Positions 50,992 to 58,310 of a stretch of 64,000 nucleotides of DNA are shown here, piece after piece. The first letter of the stretch is position 1. Each line of letters opens with the position of its first letter. The notes under the pieces were generated by a model that searched no databases, was not told the DNA's origin, and saw only the letters and a list, made by a program, of their open reading frames with translations. Position numbers and translations under genes: made by a program. Origin of the DNA: a virus; the IMG/VR virus record IMGVR_UViG_3300042332_001215, positions 22,307 to 86,306 of that record; one strand, written 5' to 3'.

Positions 50992-51224
50992 AGTAGATTC
51001 TGCTCCTTTAGATAAGCAATAGTTTCAGAAGATCCTCCAGTCAATTTACCATCAATGACCACTCGTGGAAATGTAGAGTTCTCTCCAAATTCAGAGATAA
51101 AATTCTCTCTCGTAAAATCATTGCCAAGGGTATACTCAATGAAATCTACATTAAGTAAATTGAATACTGTTTTAATTTTTTCGCAATAGGGACAATCCTC
51201 TTTACTGTAAATCGTAACCTGCAT
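50988..51224 (-). CDS. nrdC: Glutaredoxin
   Basis: IYSK..CPYC, TFPRV.IDG...GG. Confidence 0.92.
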   Translation of the reverse strand: MQVTIYSKEDCPYCEKIKTVFNLLNVDFIEYTLGNDFTRENFISEFGENSTFPRVVIDGKLTGGSSETIAYLKEQNLL

Positions 51225-51257
51225 AAGTGCCTTTGAATCGCTTTGGTATCATAGCAG

Positions 51258-51283
51258 AAAAAAGGGGGCCTGTCAAGGCCCCC
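51258..51283 (-). terminator. Rho-independent terminator overlapping the -35 of an early promoter
   Basis: GGGGCC-TTGACA-GGCCCC hairpin plus T run; the loop is the TTGACA box. Confidence 0.7.
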
Positions 51284-51289
51284 GTAGGA

Positions 51290-51448
51290 CTAAAATTTTT
51301 TGAACATCCACTTAAGCTTAATGTATCTTAATTGTAGATCTGTCCACAAATGTTTTACTTTAATGCTGATCCAATCTAATACATTTGGATCAATCACACA
51401 AACATAAGTAAATACCATTGCAAATAAAATAAAATATAGCTGCATCAT
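51290..51448 (-). CDS. Small hypothetical membrane protein
   Basis: Manually translated MMQLYFILFAMVFTYVCVIDPN...KKF*; overlaps the upstream stop. Confidence 0.5.
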   Translation of the reverse strand: MMQLYFILFAMVFTYVCVIDPNVLDWISIKVKHLWTDLQLRYIKLKWMFKKF

Positions 51449-51630
51449 TCTAGTGGATCATCTGTAGTTACATTTTCAGCATTATCAAAATACCCACTTT
51501 CAATTGCATCAGAAAGAAGTTGCTGTAATAAATTTTCTACAGAAACTCCTTTTTCTTTCGCAAGTGCCTCTGCGATTGCTGCAGTCTCATCATCTAGTTC
51601 AATTTGAAGTTCTTCAGTTTCAGTTGCCAT
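51445..51630 (-). CDS. Hypothetical protein (possible ribbon-helix-helix)
   Basis: LQIELDDET....EALAKEKGVSVENLLQQLL. Confidence 0.5.
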   Translation of the reverse strand: MATETEELQIELDDETAAIAEALAKEKGVSVENLLQQLLSDAIESGYFDNAENVTTDDPLE

Positions 51631-51632
51631 AG

Positions 51633-51833
51633 TTAATTAAAAGGTAAAGGTAGTTCATCATATCCTGGGGGATAATTATGCTCATCATTGTAGCATGGAT
51701 TTATACATGGAGAATCAACTTTTCGATATTGACATACTCTTTGTGCCAAGTAATTTAAATCTCCAGGTTTGCCAAAAGAAAATTTGGCCATTCCGTCTTC
51801 AATAATTACCCCACATGCAGGACATTTTTCCAT
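51633..51833 (-). CDS. Cys-rich hypothetical protein
   Basis: CPACG...FSFGKPG...L..RVCQY....CIN. Confidence 0.6.
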   Translation of the reverse strand: MEKCPACGVIIEDGMAKFSFGKPGDLNYLAQRVCQYRKVDSPCINPCYNDEHNYPPGYDELPLPFN

Positions 51834-51857
51834 ATCAACCTCAGTTTAAAGGTGATA

Positions 51858-52013
51858 CTATTTAGTCTCAGCTTGATATTTGTGTTTTAATTCATTGACA
51901 ATCATAATTGATTTTTTCAATCCAAGTGCATACTCATTGTGTCCATGCTTGACGGAAATTTGTATGCTGTGTTGAATTCGTTCACATAGTTCTTTGTAAA
52001 ATTGTTCATCCAT
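51858..52013 (-). CDS. Small hypothetical protein (51 aa)
   Basis: Manually translated MDEQFYKELCERIQHSIQ...AETK*. Confidence 0.5.
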   Translation of the reverse strand: MDEQFYKELCERIQHSIQISVKHGHNEYALGLKKSIMIVNELKHKYQAETK

Positions 52014-52030
52014 AATGTAATTGTGAACAA

Positions 52031-52117
52031 CGGAGGGAGGGGGAGTCGAACCCCCAAGGGCTTTAACACCTCAACTGTTTTCAAGACAGGTTCCGTCGCC
52101 AATCGGATTGCCCCTCC
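52031..52117 (-). tRNA. tRNA-Ser(TGA)
   Basis: GGAGGGG acceptor, anticodon loop CTTGAAA, long variable arm, T-loop TTCGACT, G discriminator. Confidence 0.92.
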
Positions 52118-52148
52118 AAAAAAGTAACCAAAGGTTACTTATTATATA

Positions 52149-52379
52149 TCAAGAATTTGATTGAGTCCTAGCGTCCATTTGCCTTACAGCATGAATAGGA
52201 CTCTTCATGTATCGTTTAATTTTCTTCAATTGTCTATTCAATTGTTTCAAATGTTCTAAATCTCGTTTGATCTCTGCAGGACTTTTAATCTTGTCTTCAT
52301 TCAAACTAATCTCTGGAGTTAGAACTGTTTCTTCTTCAACTACTTCAGTTGATTCAACATCAATAATTTGTTCTTCCAT
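52149..52379 (-). CDS. Hypothetical protein
   Basis: 76-aa ORF. Confidence 0.6.
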   Translation of the reverse strand: MEEQIIDVESTEVVEEETVLTPEISLNEDKIKSPAEIKRDLEHLKQLNRQLKKIKRYMKSPIHAVRQMDARTQSNS

Positions 52380-52382
52380 AAT

Positions 52383-52745
52383 TTAACTTCTTGTTTTTAA
52401 ATACTCTACTGCCTTATATAGGCCACTAAGATTATCTCCAAGATTTCCTAATCCAACATTACATGGATCGCAAATCCATCCACGAAACTTTCCAGTTTTA
52501 TGACAGTGATCAAGGACAATCTTTTTGTTATGTGGGGGTATCTTTCCACACAAATCACATACATCTGGTTTTGGTGGTGCAGTTTTTTTCAATTGATACC
52601 GAAGTTTACTTTGTTCACTAATACATGTTCTACACCTAGTATCATGCCTATCCTTATGTCCACGATGTCCAGGAAACTCAGATAGTTTTTTTGTTTCATT
52701 ACAATAGACACATGATTTAGTGTTTAGTTCATCAATAATCTCCAT
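52383..52745 (-). CDS. Free-standing endonuclease VII-family homing endonuclease (F-CphI-like), copy B
   Basis: CVYC...CRTC zinc finger plus CDLC...LDHCHKTGKFRGWICDPCNVGLG...D; start placed downstream of the early promoter at 52775-52802. Confidence 0.85.
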   Translation of the reverse strand: MEIIDELNTKSCVYCNETKKLSEFPGHRGHKDRHDTRCRTCISEQSKLRYQLKKTAPPKPDVCDLCGKIPPHNKKIVLDHCHKTGKFRGWICDPCNVGLGNLGDNLSGLYKAVEYLKTRS

Positions 52746-52810
52746 AGGCACCGGAGGCTTTGGTTGCTCTAGCATCATAGCATGGTTTTCAGGGCTTGTC
52801 AAGTCATGGA

Positions 52811-52836
52811 TAAAAAAAGAGACCCTTTCGGGTCCC
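52811..52836 (-). terminator. Rho-independent terminator after the stranded psbA 3' end
   Basis: GGGACCC-GAAA-GGGTCTC plus T run. Confidence 0.85.
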
Positions 52837-52857
52837 TGAAAACTTATAAAGTTTTTA

Positions 52858-52917
52858 TCAACCGATGGCTGGTGCAGTGAGAGCAACAGGAGTGCTGTCA
52901 GCAGCAGCTAGATCAAG
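52858..52917 (-). pseudogene. psbA: Stranded duplicate psbA 3' end ([19 protein letters not shown])
   Basis: 20 codons homologous to D1 residues 341-359; directly after the GIY-YIG gene stop and followed by its own terminator. Confidence 0.92.
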
Positions 52918-52930
52918 AAAAAAGTTCTTT

Positions 52931-53830
52931 TCAATTGTTAATTGAATAATAATTTGTTTGATCAAAATTATGTTTATTCAGTTTTTTAATTGCAATTAAA
53001 TTATTTTTCTCTAAAGTTTTAACCGCTCTATTTACTGTCTTTTCACTAATTTTACATTCTTCTTTAAAATCAGACATAGATATTCTCAAAAATTTATTAC
53101 CATTATACTCAATCAATTTTTCACTTTCACTTTCTATATTAGATTTAATATAATTAAAGAGAACTAATATAGATCTTTTAGATACCGATCCATTTCTGCT
53201 TTCTATTTTTACATCTATGTGATTATTATCACATTTATATTTTAATATAAAATCTTTTTTGATTAGTTCTATCTCATCACTTGTTTTTTTAGTTATATTG
53301 TAATAATACCACCCACAAGTAGTTGGAGTTTTTGAACCTCTTTGTTTCTTTTTTCTTATTGCTTCATATGGAATATTTTTACTCTTACAAAATTTATCAA
53401 ACCCATCATCAACAATATAAGATTCTCCAGTTATATTAACTACCAAATATTTTTTTAAGTTAGGATTTCCATTTTTCTCAATATATGTTTTCATTCTTTT
53501 GGATATATCTTTTTTTCTGGGTTCGGATAACTTAAATCCACTAAATCCTTCTCCTCCATTAGTAAGATTTAACAAGATACCATTATTAACATCCTTTCTT
53601 CCAAAAACAAAAATTAGATATTTTTCATTCTTAAAAGCGTCGTCTTCAGTAAGATTATCTTTCAATATAAGAACTCTATTTTTGGGAGGAACTGGAACCG
53701 AATGTTTCCCATAAAATGCCCTATGATATTTTCTATAATTTTTATTTTTAGATAATTTATGTTTTCCTTTTCCAATATAATAAGGTGTTCCATTTTCACG
53801 AAGATATGCATAAGTATAAAAATCATTCAT
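52931..53830 (-). CDS. Free-standing GIY-YIG-type (Seg-like) homing endonuclease with C-terminal winged-helix domain
   Basis: FYTYAYLRENGTPYYIGKG...R...E..LI..FGRK....G.L.NLTNGGEG; C-terminal HTH ISEKTVNRAVKTLEKNNLI; strongly AT-rich. Confidence 0.8.
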   Translation of the reverse strand: MNDFYTYAYLRENGTPYYIGKGKHKLSKNKNYRKYHRAFYGKHSVPVPPKNRVLILKDNLTEDDAFKNEKYLIFVFGRKDVNNGILLNLTNGGEGFSGFKLSEPRKKDISKRMKTYIEKNGNPNLKKYLVVNITGESYIVDDGFDKFCKSKNIPYEAIRKKKQRGSKTPTTCGWYYYNITKKTSDEIELIKKDFILKYKCDNNHIDVKIESRNGSVSKRSILVLFNYIKSNIESESEKLIEYNGNKFLRISMSDFKEECKISEKTVNRAVKTLEKNNLIAIKKLNKHNFDQTNYYSINN

Positions 53831-54251
53831 AATTTTTCAAATACTCAATCATTTTTTCAAGGGTGTTAATATTATCCCCAACAAGACCTAAAGCAGTATT
53901 GCAGTGGTGACATAGAAGTTTTCTTACTTTACCTGTGGTGTGGCAGTGATCAACACATAACTTCTTCCACTTACCATTTCCTTCATTATTGCAAATAGCA
54001 CATCGACCATTTTGTTCCTCGTACATTTTAGTGTGCTCATCCAGAGTTATGCCATATATTCTCTTTAAATCATTATTTTTGGTGCGTTCTGGATTTGCTT
54101 GATGTCGTGCCTTTACCCTTGCTTTATCACACTCTTTGCAGGCAGAATGTCTTCTACCAGTTTTTTTATCCCGTATATAAAACTCTATGATCTGTTTTTC
54201 AATCCCACAGGTCATACAAATTCTATACAAATCGGAGTATAGTTTAGTCAT
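53823..54251 (-). CDS. Free-standing endonuclease VII-family homing endonuclease (F-CphI-like), copy A
   Basis: CMTC...CKEC, LKR.YGIT...Y..Q..RCAIC...LCVDHCHTTGKVRKLLCHHCNTALG...D; immediately downstream of psbA. Confidence 0.9.
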   Translation of the reverse strand: MTKLYSDLYRICMTCGIEKQIIEFYIRDKKTGRRHSACKECDKARVKARHQANPERTKNNDLKRIYGITLDEHTKMYEEQNGRCAICNNEGNGKWKKLCVDHCHTTGKVRKLLCHHCNTALGLVGDNINTLEKMIEYLKNYE

Positions 54252-54275
54252 TTCATGCTTTCTTTCGTGCTTAAT

Positions 54276-54283
54276 TATTTATA
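54276..54283 (-). promoter_or_regulatory. T4-type late promoter for the EndoVII/GIY-YIG cassette
   Basis: TATAAATA immediately after the psbA terminator. Confidence 0.75.
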
Positions 54284-54311
54284 AAAAAAAGAAACTCCGA
54301 AGAGTTTCTTT
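54283..54311 (-). terminator. psbA terminator
   Basis: AAAGAAACTC-TTCG-GAGTTTCTTT plus T run. Confidence 0.85.
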
Positions 54312-54317
54312 GGTGAA

Positions 54318-56330
54318 TTAACCGATTGCGGGAGCAGTGAGAGCAACAGGAGTTGCTTCTACGCTAGCAAGGTCAAGAGGGAAATTATGGGCATTCTTTT
54401 AACCCTCTTGAAATCTGGTATTGCTACCAGGATTGGACTATATCATCACCATTTCTGGTGTCGGAAGCTCTAGCCTGTTATTAAGGAAACTTTATTCCTC
54501 AGGTAGTCTCTGAACCTTTCCAGAGTGTACTCTGGACTTGGCTGCTGATTGCCCTCTTGGGGTTTCCAGCAATTCATCCGATTTAAAGAGCGCAACACCC
54601 AAATCTACGCTCATGCATAACTTCCATACCCAGACCACCACGATTCAGAATGTCTGCCCATGTATTAATTACATGACCCTGACTATCTTGAATTGATTGG
54701 TTGAAGTTGAAGCCGTTCAGGTTGAACGCCATGGTTGACACGCCCAGAGCAGTGAACCAAATACCGACAACAGGCCAAGCTGCCAAGAAAAAGTGAAGAC
54801 TACGAGAGTTATTAAAACTAGCGTACTGAAAAATAAGGCGGCCAAAATATCCATGAGCAGCTACAATGTTGTAGGTTTCTTCTTCTTGTCCAAACTTGTA
54901 TCCGTAGTTCTGGGACTCATTTTCTGTCGTCTCACGAACAAGACTAGAGGTGACGAGAGATCCGTGCATAGCAGAGAAAAGAGAACCACCGAAGACACCA
55001 GCAACTCCCAGCATATGGAAAGGGTGCATAAGAATGTTGTGTTCCGCCTGGAAAACAAGCATGTAGTTGAAAGTTCCTGAAATCCCCAGAGGCATTGCAT
55101 CAGAGAAGGATCCTTGACCGAAGGGATAGACCAGGAAAACTGCACTAGCAGCAGCAACGGGTGCAGAGTAGGCAACACAAATCCAAGGACGCATACCCAG
55201 TCGGTAAGATAGTTCCCATTCACGACCCATGTAGGCATAGATACCAATTAGAAAGTGGAAGACGACCAATTGAAATGGTCCACCATTATATAGCCACTCA
55301 TCGAGAGAAGCAGCTTCCCAAATAGGATAGAAGTGCAGACCGATAGCATTGCTAGAAGGAACAACAGCACCAGAGATGATGTTGTTTCCATACATTAGAG
55401 AACCAGCAACTGGTTCTCGGATCCCGTCTCTTATCCCAGTAAAACAGTCATATCTTGCGACTTAGACCGTTTCAGTTGACCTATTTGATTTGCTCGTTTT
55501 GCGTTTTCTACTCTTCCACCATTTTCTACCCACTCTTTCCACTCATTAATATAAGAAATACATTCTTTAATTCTTTCACTTCTTCTATTTCCCATATGGG
55601 GAAGTATTTTTTCCAAAATGAAAAGAACTTTTTCTCTATTTCCTATATGAAGGACATAGACTGGTTTTCCTTTGAGTGTTTTTCTATTGGGTACAAAATA
55701 GGGTTTGTCTACAAAATTACTTAGTTTAGCAACCACATCTTCATCAGTCATAACAAGACGAATATATGGTGCTGGTGGTGCTTTAGAAGAGTCATAACGG
55801 TCTTTAGAACGATTATCTATTCCAAAGTATCCTTCACCTTCTAAAATTCCCGCAATCCAAGTAATTTGTGATTCCGTTAAATCGAGCATTTTGTTTTCGC
55901 ACCTACTGTTATATTTATACAACAAGTGCGAATAAAAGTCAACTGTGAGATTTGGACTATATCTTCACCCTTTAATTAGATTAAAGGGGCTGGGCACTCT
56001 AGCCTGTTATTAAGGGGACTAAACCCCTCAGGTAGTCTCTGAACCTTTCCAAAGTGTACTTTGGACTTGGCTGCTGATTGCCTTTCGGTTTCCAGCAATT
56101 CACCCAGTTTTAACATCATCCTTACGGATGAAGGACACAGATTAAAGCAGTATGTCTACGGGAGGAGCAGCAATGAAAGCAACAATGAAACAAATAGTAG
56201 CAGCGAGAAGGGTTGGAATCATTAGAGTTCCGAACCAACCGACATAAAGACGATTATCGGTAGAAGTTACCCACTCACAGAATTGTTCCCAAGTGTTACT
56301 TCCACGCTGTTGAGCGATGGATGCGGTCAT
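54318..56330 (-). CDS. psbA: Photosystem II D1 protein, 3 exons: 56330-56152, 55429-54607, 54395-54318 (359 aa after splicing)
   Basis: Exons of 179+823+78 nt join in frame: PPVDI|DGIREP and MHER|[10 protein letters not shown]; canonical D1 sequence with Glu130. Confidence 0.97.
54396..54606 (-). mobile_element. Group I intron 2 of psbA (211 nt, ORF-less), between codons 334 and 335
   Basis: Exon ends in U; P1 GAGCGU/GCGCUC with a U.G pair; P AATTGCTGGAAA, Q AATCAGCAGCC, R GTTCAGAGACTA, S GATATAGTCC; terminal G. Confidence 0.93.
55431..55889 (-). CDS. Intron-encoded single-motif LAGLIDADG homing endonuclease
   Basis: [14 protein letters not shown] (LAGLIDADG helix), I.L.MTDEDVV; located 3' of the S element; stop codon is 1 nt before the omega-G. 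Confidence 0.85.
   Translation of the reverse strand: MLDLTESQITWIAGILEGEGYFGIDNRSKDRYDSSKAPPAPYIRLVMTDEDVVAKLSNFVDKPYFVPNRKTLKGKPVYVLHIGNREKVLFILEKILPHMGNRRSERIKECISYINEWKEWVENGGRVENAKRANQIGQLKRSKSQDMTVLLG
55896..55932 (-). promoter_or_regulatory. Late promoter inside an RBS-sequestering hairpin for the intron ORF
   Basis: TTCGCACTT-GTTGTA-TAAA-TATAAC..AGGTGCGAA; TATAAATA at 55912-55919 forms the apex, and AGGTG lies in the 3' arm. Confidence 0.7.
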
Positions 56331-56394
56331 AGTTTTAAAAGTTCGTAAGGTTTATGAAAACATATGTTAAGGAATGTTTCGATTCCTTAACACT

Positions 56395-56428
56395 TATTTA
56401 TAGTAGCACAGGTTGCAAAGCTTGTCAA
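56395..56428 (-). promoter_or_regulatory. Overlapping early (sigma70) and late promoters of psbA
   Basis: TTGACA-N17-TACTAT with TG extension, running into TATAAATA (56395-56402). Confidence 0.8.
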
Positions 56429-56462
56429 GGGGTCTTTGAATAAATACTTATAAATTGTTCTT

Positions 56463-56660
56463 ATGGACGAGAGAAGAACATTTAACACTCCTATTAGGGA
56501 ACCTTGGAATGCACCTATTCATAATATATTAAAAGCTATAGATAATCATACAAGACAATATTTGAAAACTGAAGATCCTTGGCATGAAGAGAAAGCTAAT
56601 ATGTTAAGAGAATATCTACACGAATTAAAAACCTGGATACACAAAGAAGAAAATGAATGA
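56463..56660 (+). CDS. Hypothetical protein
   Basis: 65 aa, REPWNAPIH..LKAIDNH...WH..KA..LR.Y..ELK.WI. Confidence 0.65.
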   Translation: MDERRTFNTPIREPWNAPIHNILKAIDNHTRQYLKTEDPWHEEKANMLREYLHELKTWIHKEENE

Positions 56661-56778
56661 CTTTCCATGGGGAGTTTCAATAGGACTCGGAATAATACTA
56701 TTGGGCACATTAAGTTTTTTAATCTACATTATGATGTTAGATCACTTAGAAGGCAATGACAAAAACAATACTCATTGA
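56653..56778 (+). CDS. Small membrane protein (41 aa)
   Basis: MNDFPWGVSIGLGIILLGTLSFLIYIMMLD...; one hydrophobic helix. Confidence 0.5.
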   Translation: MNDFPWGVSIGLGIILLGTLSFLIYIMMLDHLEGNDKNNTH

Positions 56779-56923
56779 GTTGTTGATCATAGCTAGATTA
56801 TTAACTAATGATGGAATGATGCTGGAAAATAGAAGACCTCAACCGAAAAGACAATCGGTTGAGGTTCTTCGTTTTATTCGTAGACCAGCTAAAAAAGGCA
56901 GAAAATTATTTAAGTTTACCTAA
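56756..56923 (+). CDS. Small basic hypothetical protein (55 aa)
   Basis: MTKTILIELLIIARLLTNDG..LENRRP.PKRQ...FIRRPAKKGRK. Confidence 0.5.
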   Translation: MTKTILIELLIIARLLTNDGMMLENRRPQPKRQSVEVLRFIRRPAKKGRKLFKFT

Positions 56924-57538
56924 TCCATTTTCCCATAAAGAACCCTCTGCTCGCCTTCTTCTAGCTAATCCTTTCTCTACAGATGATCCTGGATTACGAT
57001 AACGATAAAGTGCTTCTGGAACAAGATGCCAAGATTTATCTTTTAATACTTTGGTAATGGTATTAAACCCATCTGATCCATAAAAATTTGCACCAAGATT
57101 ATATGCAAATGAAAGTAGTGCTCCTCTCATTTCTTCATTCATTTCATTCCAATATGGAATCTTGGTTAGTGGAGGAAGAAACTGATTCCTAGCTTGATAC
57201 TCAAGTAATTCATCTGCCTGTAATTGAGTAATCTTATCAGTGATCTTAAATGGCTTTCCATTCATATCTCTGGTACTTCCCCATCCGATGGTAATTGGAA
57301 GTCCACCAGTATGAGGATCATAATATGCACTCAATTTACATCCTTCAAATTCTTTGATTAAATCCAATCCACATGTTGGAACTATAGATGGGTTGGATAT
57401 TTTATATTCGTTTCTAAATCTTTTAGCAAATTCTTCTAGTACATTGGAAGGAATATTTTTTTGAAGGTATTCCCAAGCATCCATTTGATGCATATATCCT
57501 TTTGTATGTGTAGCAGCATCAATGAGTTTTATAGTCAT
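56906..57538 (-). CDS. Phage lysozyme (GH24 endolysin)
   Basis: LIKEFEGC.L.AY.DP.....TIGWGST (E/D/T triad), ALLSFAYNLG, GL.RRR.AE..LW. Confidence 0.9.
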   Translation of the reverse strand: MTIKLIDAATHTKGYMHQMDAWEYLQKNIPSNVLEEFAKRFRNEYKISNPSIVPTCGLDLIKEFEGCKLSAYYDPHTGGLPITIGWGSTRDMNGKPFKITDKITQLQADELLEYQARNQFLPPLTKIPYWNEMNEEMRGALLSFAYNLGANFYGSDGFNTITKVLKDKSWHLVPEALYRYRNPGSSVEKGLARRRRAEGSLWENGLGKLK

Positions 57539-57563
57539 AAAAAAAGGAGGTATTGAACCTCCT
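57539..57563 (-). terminator. Terminator after the hli-petF-hli unit
   Basis: AGGAGGT-TCAAT-ACCTCCT plus T run. Confidence 0.7.
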
Positions 57564-57582
57564 GTATTTAGGAATTAATAAT

Positions 57583-57702
57583 TCACCAAACTCCTGGAAT
57601 AATCTGCCCAGTAGTGAGATAGGTTCCGACTGCGACTACGAAACCAAGCATAGCGAGGCGACCATTAAGTGTTTCTGCCTCAGGTGTCCATCCAAATTTC
57701 AT
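57583..57702 (-). CDS. hli: High-light-inducible protein (39 aa)
   Basis: Manually translated MKFGWTPEAETLNGRLAMLGFV.....Y.TTGQIIPGVW (ExxNGRxAMxG). Confidence 0.93.
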   Translation of the reverse strand: MKFGWTPEAETLNGRLAMLGFVVAVGTYLTTGQIIPGVW

Positions 57703-57719
57703 TTTGTTTCTCCTAGTAA

Positions 57720-58010
57720 TTAAAGGTTTTCTTCTTGTTCAGTTAGAATTACACAATCAGATTTAGGATATGCTACACAAGTGAGCACCCATCCATCTGC
57801 TAGTTGATCATCATCAAGGAACGATTGTTCCTCATTATCAACTTCACCTTGAATCAGTTTACCAGCACAAGCAGAACAGGCACCAGCACGACATGATGAA
57901 GGAAGATCTACTCCTGCTTCCTCAGCAGCTTCAAGGATGTATTGATCCTCAGCACACTGAATAGTTTGTTCAGTTCCATCAGGGGAACGAAGAGTAATTT
58001 GATAAGTCAT
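57720..58010 (-). CDS. petF: Plant-type [2Fe-2S] ferredoxin
   Basis: [16 protein letters not shown]...QSFLDDDQ...[10 protein letters not shown]. Confidence 0.96.
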   Translation of the reverse strand: MTYQITLRSPDGTEQTIQCAEDQYILEAAEEAGVDLPSSCRAGACSACAGKLIQGEVDNEEQSFLDDDQLADGWVLTCVAYPKSDCVILTEQEENL

Positions 58011-58096
58011 TAGTAAGTTTCAGATAATTGATTTACAGCGTATGCCAACAGTACAAAGAAGGCAACACTAGTAATTGTAAACAGAAGTTCAGTCAT
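58010..58096 (-). CDS. Small single-helix membrane peptide (28 aa)
   Basis: [33 protein letters not shown]-coupled to petF. Confidence 0.6.
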   Translation of the reverse strand: MTELLFTITSVAFFVLLAYAVNQLSETY

Positions 58097-58109
58097 TGTC
58101 AATTATTTG

Positions 58110-58304
58110 TCAGAAGATCCCGAAAAAGAACTTGCCAGTGCCAATATAAGAAATGAACCCAGCAATAATACCGACCATTGCCCAGCGCCCATTGTACTTC
58201 TCCTTTACTTGATTTGGAGTATCCATTCCGTAATTTTCATAATACATTACAGGTTCTTTGGCAAACATATTTTGTTGGCCGAACTCATTAGATGTTACAG
58301 TCAT
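58110..58304 (-). CDS. hli: High-light-inducible protein
   Basis: NE.GQQNMFAKEP N-terminus; EKYNGRWAMVG; TGKFFFGIF; start at MTVTSNE. Confidence 0.92.
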   Translation of the reverse strand: MTVTSNEFGQQNMFAKEPVMYYENYGMDTPNQVKEKYNGRWAMVGIIAGFISYIGTGKFFFGIF

Positions 58305-58310
58305 TTTGTT

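Larger units (their letters stand above)
55430..56151 (-). mobile_element. Group I intron 1 of psbA (722 nt) after nt 179, carrying a LAGLIDADG ORF
   Basis: P1 GACAU/GUGUC with a U.G pair; same P/Q/R/S core; terminal G at 55430; splicing restores AT|A GAC (Ile60-Asp61). Confidence 0.92.

Noticed and set aside
51917-52102. ORF-track proteins overlapping tRNAs or ncRNA (also 59266-59520, 59287-59493, 62621-62839, 63260-63523)
   Set aside because: They run through clear tRNA or structured-RNA sequence; better short ORFs exist in other frames.
54583-56330. psbA appearing as a fragmented pseudogene (62-aa and 270-aa ORFs)
   Set aside because: The fragments are exons; removing two group I introns gives an intact 359-aa D1.
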